Assembly: GCA_041650715.1 (NCBI GenBank)
Contig: JBAZKQ010000001.1
Location: 723,913 to 787,912, forward strand
From: Patescibacteria group bacterium
Lineage (GTDB): Bacteria; Patescibacteriota; Patescibacteriia; Patescibacteriales; UBA12465
Length of the DNA stretch: 64,000 nucleotides
Reading direction: 5' to 3'
The position numbers and the translations under genes are program-made. Under the pieces are notes generated by a model that was not told the DNA's origin, did no database searches, and was given only the letters and a program-made list of their open reading frames with translations. This document shows, piece by piece, positions 61,583 through 64,000 of this stretch (positions within the stretch are counted from its first letter, which is position 1; each line of letters begins with the position of its first letter).

Positions 61583-61656
61583 GGGCAATTAGCTCAGTTG
61601 GTTAGAGCGCAACACTGATAATGTTGAGGTCGGAGGTTCGAATCCTCCATTGCCCA
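61583..61656 (+). tRNA. tRNA-Ile(GAU)
   Basis: GGGCAAT/ATTGCCC acceptor stem, anticodon loop CTGATAA, T-loop GGTTCGAATCC. Confidence 0.9.
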
Positions 61657-61680
61657 CTCTAAAGTATAGTTGATAATTAT

Positions 61681-61753
61681 AGCGGGATAGAGCAGTTGGC
61701 AGCTCGCTAGGCCCATAACCTAGAGGTCGTCGGTTCGAGTCCGACTCCCGCAA
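61681..61753 (+). tRNA. tRNA-Met(CAU), initiator-type
   Basis: Anticodon loop CCCATAA. An A1/A72 mismatch at the top of the acceptor stem and A73. The body is close to what I recall of E. coli tRNA-fMet (GAGCAG..GCTCG...AGGTCGTCGGTTCGA.TCCG.C.CCCGCAAC). Confidence 0.8.
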
Positions 61754-61777
61754 CAAGTTTAACAATAGTATTTTCAT

Positions 61778-62092
61778 GCCTCGGTAGCTCAGTGGTAGAG
61801 CAAAGGACTGGTTTTCGGTCCGCTCAATGGAAACATTGAGATGAAAATCGGGTGAATTCGGGGAAGCCTTAATTTAGAAATAAAAAAGGTAATCCCGAGC
61901 CAAGCTTTAATTGGGTAAATAATTAAAGAAGGTGTAGAGACTAGCGGGTGAGCCCAACAATAACCCCGCCGCGAGCGCCCGACTCCGTCCTTAAAAATTA
62001 AGCGGAGATGATATAGTCCGATCCTTAAGGAAACTTAAGTTGTAGCAAGGAAAATCCTTGTGTCGTCAGTTCGATTCTGACCCGGGGCACCA
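61778..62092 (+). tRNA. tRNA-Phe(GAA) interrupted by a group I intron; CCA encoded
   Basis: Exons 61778-61809 and 62050-62092 join to GCCUCGGUAGCUCAGUGGUAGAGCAAAGGACU|GAAAAUCCUUGUGUCGUCAGUUCGAUUCUGACCCGGGGCACCA. This makes a normal cloverleaf with anticodon GAA. Confidence 0.85.
61810..62049 (+). ncRNA. group I intron (IC3-like) in the tRNA-Phe anticodon loop
   Basis: P1 pairs exon GGACU with the intron guide GGUCC (61817-61821), with a U.G wobble at the 5' splice site. The intron ends in G. Core strings AAUUCGGGGAAGCCUUAA, AAUCCCGAGCCAAGCU and GAAGGUGUAGAGACUAG match tRNA-borne IC3 introns (Azoarcus tRNA-Ile, cyanobacterial tRNA-Leu) as I recall them. Confidence 0.85.
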
Positions 62093-62103
62093 ATCAGTAG
62101 ATA

Positions 62104-62153
62104 AAAAAGTGAACCCATGATATAATTATACTGTTACCGTGGGTTCACTTTTT
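62104..62153 (+). terminator. long hairpin plus T-run after the tRNA cluster
   Basis: AAAAAGTGAACCCA ... TGGGTTCACTTTTTT. The loop contains TGATATAAT, an extended -10-like sequence. Confidence 0.6.
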
Positions 62154-62158
62154 TATTT

Positions 62159-62842
62159 ATGCGTTTAGATAAACTAGAAGTCATAGAATTAAGAAAATCC
62201 GGCCAGTCTTATGGTCAAATAAGTGCTTCTTTGCATATTCCGAAAAGCACCCTTAGTGTTTGGCTAAAAGATATTAAACTTTCACAAATCGCGCAAAAAA
62301 AGATAAGGTCTCGGACAAATTTAACTGCTATAAGCAAATTAATTGAGAGAAATAAAAACCAAACCATCCTTGCGGCCGACAGGCAGGAGAAAATTCGGTC
62401 CTTAGCTAAGGCCGAGTCAAAAAAATTACTTTTAGATCCTCTATTTCTGGCCGGCGTTTCCTTATATTGGGCCGAAGGCTATAAACAAGGGGCGCTCGGC
62501 AGCAAATGGAAAAGCATTGACTTTGCCAACTCCGATCCGGAAATGATCAGATTGATGGTTAATTTTTTCACAAAATTCTTTGAATTTAAAAAAACAGAAA
62601 TTAAAGTCCAAATAATGCTGCACAATCCAAAAGACTCCACCGCGGCTATTAATTTTTGGCAACATCTTACGGGCATACCAAAAACCAATTTTTTTAAAGT
62701 TTCCACAGCTATTAGCCGGGCCAGTTTACAAAAGAGAAATAAAAAACTACAATATGGAACGATACACCTGAGAGTCAATAAGGTCGAATCTTTTTTTCGT
62801 CTGATTGGGTGGATTGATGGTTTAAAAGAAAAATTATTATAA
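62159..62842 (+). CDS. LAGLIDADG-like homing-endonuclease-family protein with N-terminal HTH (tentative)
   Basis: 227 aa. N-terminal HTH (SGQSYGQISASLHIPKSTLSVWLKD). Single LAGLIDADG-like helix (DPLFLAGVSLYWAEGYK). Wedged between two tRNA genes; its stop abuts tRNA-Pro. Confidence 0.45.
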   Translation: MRLDKLEVIELRKSGQSYGQISASLHIPKSTLSVWLKDIKLSQIAQKKIRSRTNLTAISKLIERNKNQTILAADRQEKIRSLAKAESKKLLLDPLFLAGVSLYWAEGYKQGALGSKWKSIDFANSDPEMIRLMVNFFTKFFEFKKTEIKVQIMLHNPKDSTAAINFWQHLTGIPKTNFFKVSTAISRASLQKRNKKLQYGTIHLRVNKVESFFRLIGWIDGLKEKLL

Positions 62843-62913
62843 CGGGGCGTCGTATACCGGTAGTACGCATGCTTTGGGAGCATGTTGACTGGGTTCAATT
62901 CCCAGCGCCCCGA
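62843..62913 (+). tRNA. tRNA-Pro(UGG)
   Basis: CGGGGCG/CGCCCCG acceptor stem, anticodon loop TTTGGGA, T-loop GGTTCAATTCC. 71 nt with a short D-loop and variable loop. Followed by the GAAGGC-TTAG-GCCTTC plus T-run terminator (62919-62948). Confidence 0.85.
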
Positions 62914-62976
62914 CATTAAAAAAGAAGGCTTAGGCCTTCTTTTTTTTGTTCTCTCATTAATTTAACTCTCGGCTTA

Positions 62977-64000
62977 TCAATTACCCGCCTGCTTAACGCT
63001 TATCTTATTTGCCGCCCGCGGCTTAGTAATAAGATCCGTGACTTTAGAAGCCGCCCAGCCAAGCGCGACAAAGAATGCTATATATAGAATAGTCGCGAGC
63101 CAAGCCGGCAGAAAACGATAGATAAAATCATAATGGTACATGATCGGCCAATGCCAAAGATAAATTTCGTAAGAGTAAATGCCAATCCAATAAAAAATTC
63201 TAAACTCAATCTTCTTTAGAATAAATACTCCCGAAATCGCCAAGACCGCGACGATACTCATCCATTGTTCTTTATTCGGGCTGACGCCGATACCAGAATT
63301 ATAATTCGCATAAACGAAGAGCGCGAAGAGAGCGAGCAAAACAACATAATATCCGACGGCGCGCCAACCGCGCGCTAACTTTTCCAATATTTCCGGATTT
63401 TTTAATTTACTGACACCCCAAGCTGCTAAAACACCCAGAGGGAAAGCGATGAAATGGACTTTATACAAATACAAAACATAATCCAGGGGCGCGGGCTGGA
63501 AATAAATTATCAAATAACCGAGCGCATATAAAATAAGTGCGGATAACCAGGGCCACTTTTTAATATACACGAGCGGATACAGCAAATAATAACCGAGAAT
63601 AAAAGTAAAATACCATAAAGGAGAATTTATATCTTGGTATAAATCGGCGTGCGTAAAAATACCGACCAGCGCTTTGGCCATGTAACTTAGAGAATAGCTA
63701 TGATGCAGCCCAAAAAAGTCCAAGGCGAAAAATACAATTAGTGCCAACCAGAAAGGCACAAATAATTTCAATAGTCTTTTCTTATAAAATTGGCCGACGC
63801 TCAAATTCTTTTGCATCTGGCTGGCAGTAAGCCCAAAGCCGGATAAAAACAAAAATAAATTGACGCCGACGCCCGCCATAATCGAAAGCGGCCACAAAAA
63901 ACGCGTATCGGTCACTAAGAAATAACCGATGTGCGATAAAACAATCACGAAAATAGCCAGACCTTTGAGCTCCGTCGTAAGCGATGAGGGAAACCAGGCT
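62977..64000 (-). CDS. acyltransferase family 3 membrane protein, 5' end beyond window
   Basis: Polytopic membrane protein. The frame stays open upstream of the track's GTG (..ELKGLAIFVIVLSHIGYF..) to the window edge. Confidence 0.7.
   Translation of the reverse strand, partial: AWFPSSLTTELKGLAIFVIVLSHIGYFLVTDTRFLWPLSIMAGVGVNLFLFLSGFGLTASQMQKNLSVGQFYKKRLLKLFVPFWLALIVFFALDFFGLHHSYSLSYMAKALVGIFTHADLYQDINSPLWYFTFILGYYLLYPLVYIKKWPWLSALILYALGYLIIYFQPAPLDYVLYLYKVHFIAFPLGVLAAWGVSKLKNPEILEKLARGWRAVGYYVVLLALFALFVYANYNSGIGVSPNKEQWMSIVAVLAISGVFILKKIEFRIFYWIGIYSYEIYLWHWPIMYHYDFIYRFLPAWLATILYIAFFVALGWAASKVTDLITKPRAANKISVKQAGN

Noticed and set aside
61589-61777. 62-aa minus-strand ORF.
   Set aside because: It is antisense to tRNA-Ile and tRNA-fMet.
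62479-62916. 145-aa minus-strand ORF.
   Set aside because: It is antisense to the LAGLIDADG-like ORF and to tRNA-Pro.
1-64000. Search by eye for CRISPR arrays, rRNA genes, IS elements, transposases or integrases.
   Set aside because: I saw no regularly spaced direct repeats, no rRNA-like conserved strings, and no DDE, tyrosine- or serine-recombinase-like ORFs.

Overview
This window looks like a small-genome, moderately AT-rich bacterium, probably Candidate Phyla Radiation/Patescibacteria. That placement is inferred from gene content only: a PFOR plus ADP-forming acetyl-CoA synthetase fermentation pair, several secreted T4SS-pilin-like membrane proteins, TrmB-type regulators, an intron-containing tRNA, and many consensus or leaderless promoters. 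Most of the window is housekeeping: porGDAB, rnhA, recJ, lepA, murJ, glycosylation genes, rpoB-rpoC, a murE-like ligase, ftsK, a glycogen cluster (glgA, GH57, kinase), ruvC, yebC, gpmA, an M23/LysM peptidase, polA, a murD fusion, holA and five tRNAs.

The stand-out is a roughly 8-kb minus-strand block at about 29.7-37.7 kb, between ftsK and a divergent TrmB-like regulator. It is visibly more GC-rich than its flanks. It encodes a DEAH (HrpA-like) helicase with a long extra C-terminal region, two paralogous DHH-motif proteins and two orphan proteins. A roughly 1.07-kb ORF-free, hairpin-rich region follows a good promoter at its upstream end. Every intergenic gap in the block carries a conserved RNA element:
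- two canonical type III hammerhead ribozymes with compensatory stem changes;
- two copies of a second conserved element that lacks the hammerhead core;
- repeated long-stem 5' leaders;
- a 26-bp-stem structure at the distal end.
I cannot match this combination to any described system and rank it the top candidate for something new.

Other points worth a second look:
- three pilin-like genes interleaved in the por operon, two of them fused to putative peptidoglycan-hydrolase domains;
- a group I (IC3-like) intron in tRNA-Phe(GAA), next to a LAGLIDADG-like ORF;
- a PP-loop domain fused to MurD (MurL-like hypothesis);
- two promoter/terminator-bounded or GC-rich candidate small RNAs.

No CRISPR array, rRNA, transposase or integrase was seen.
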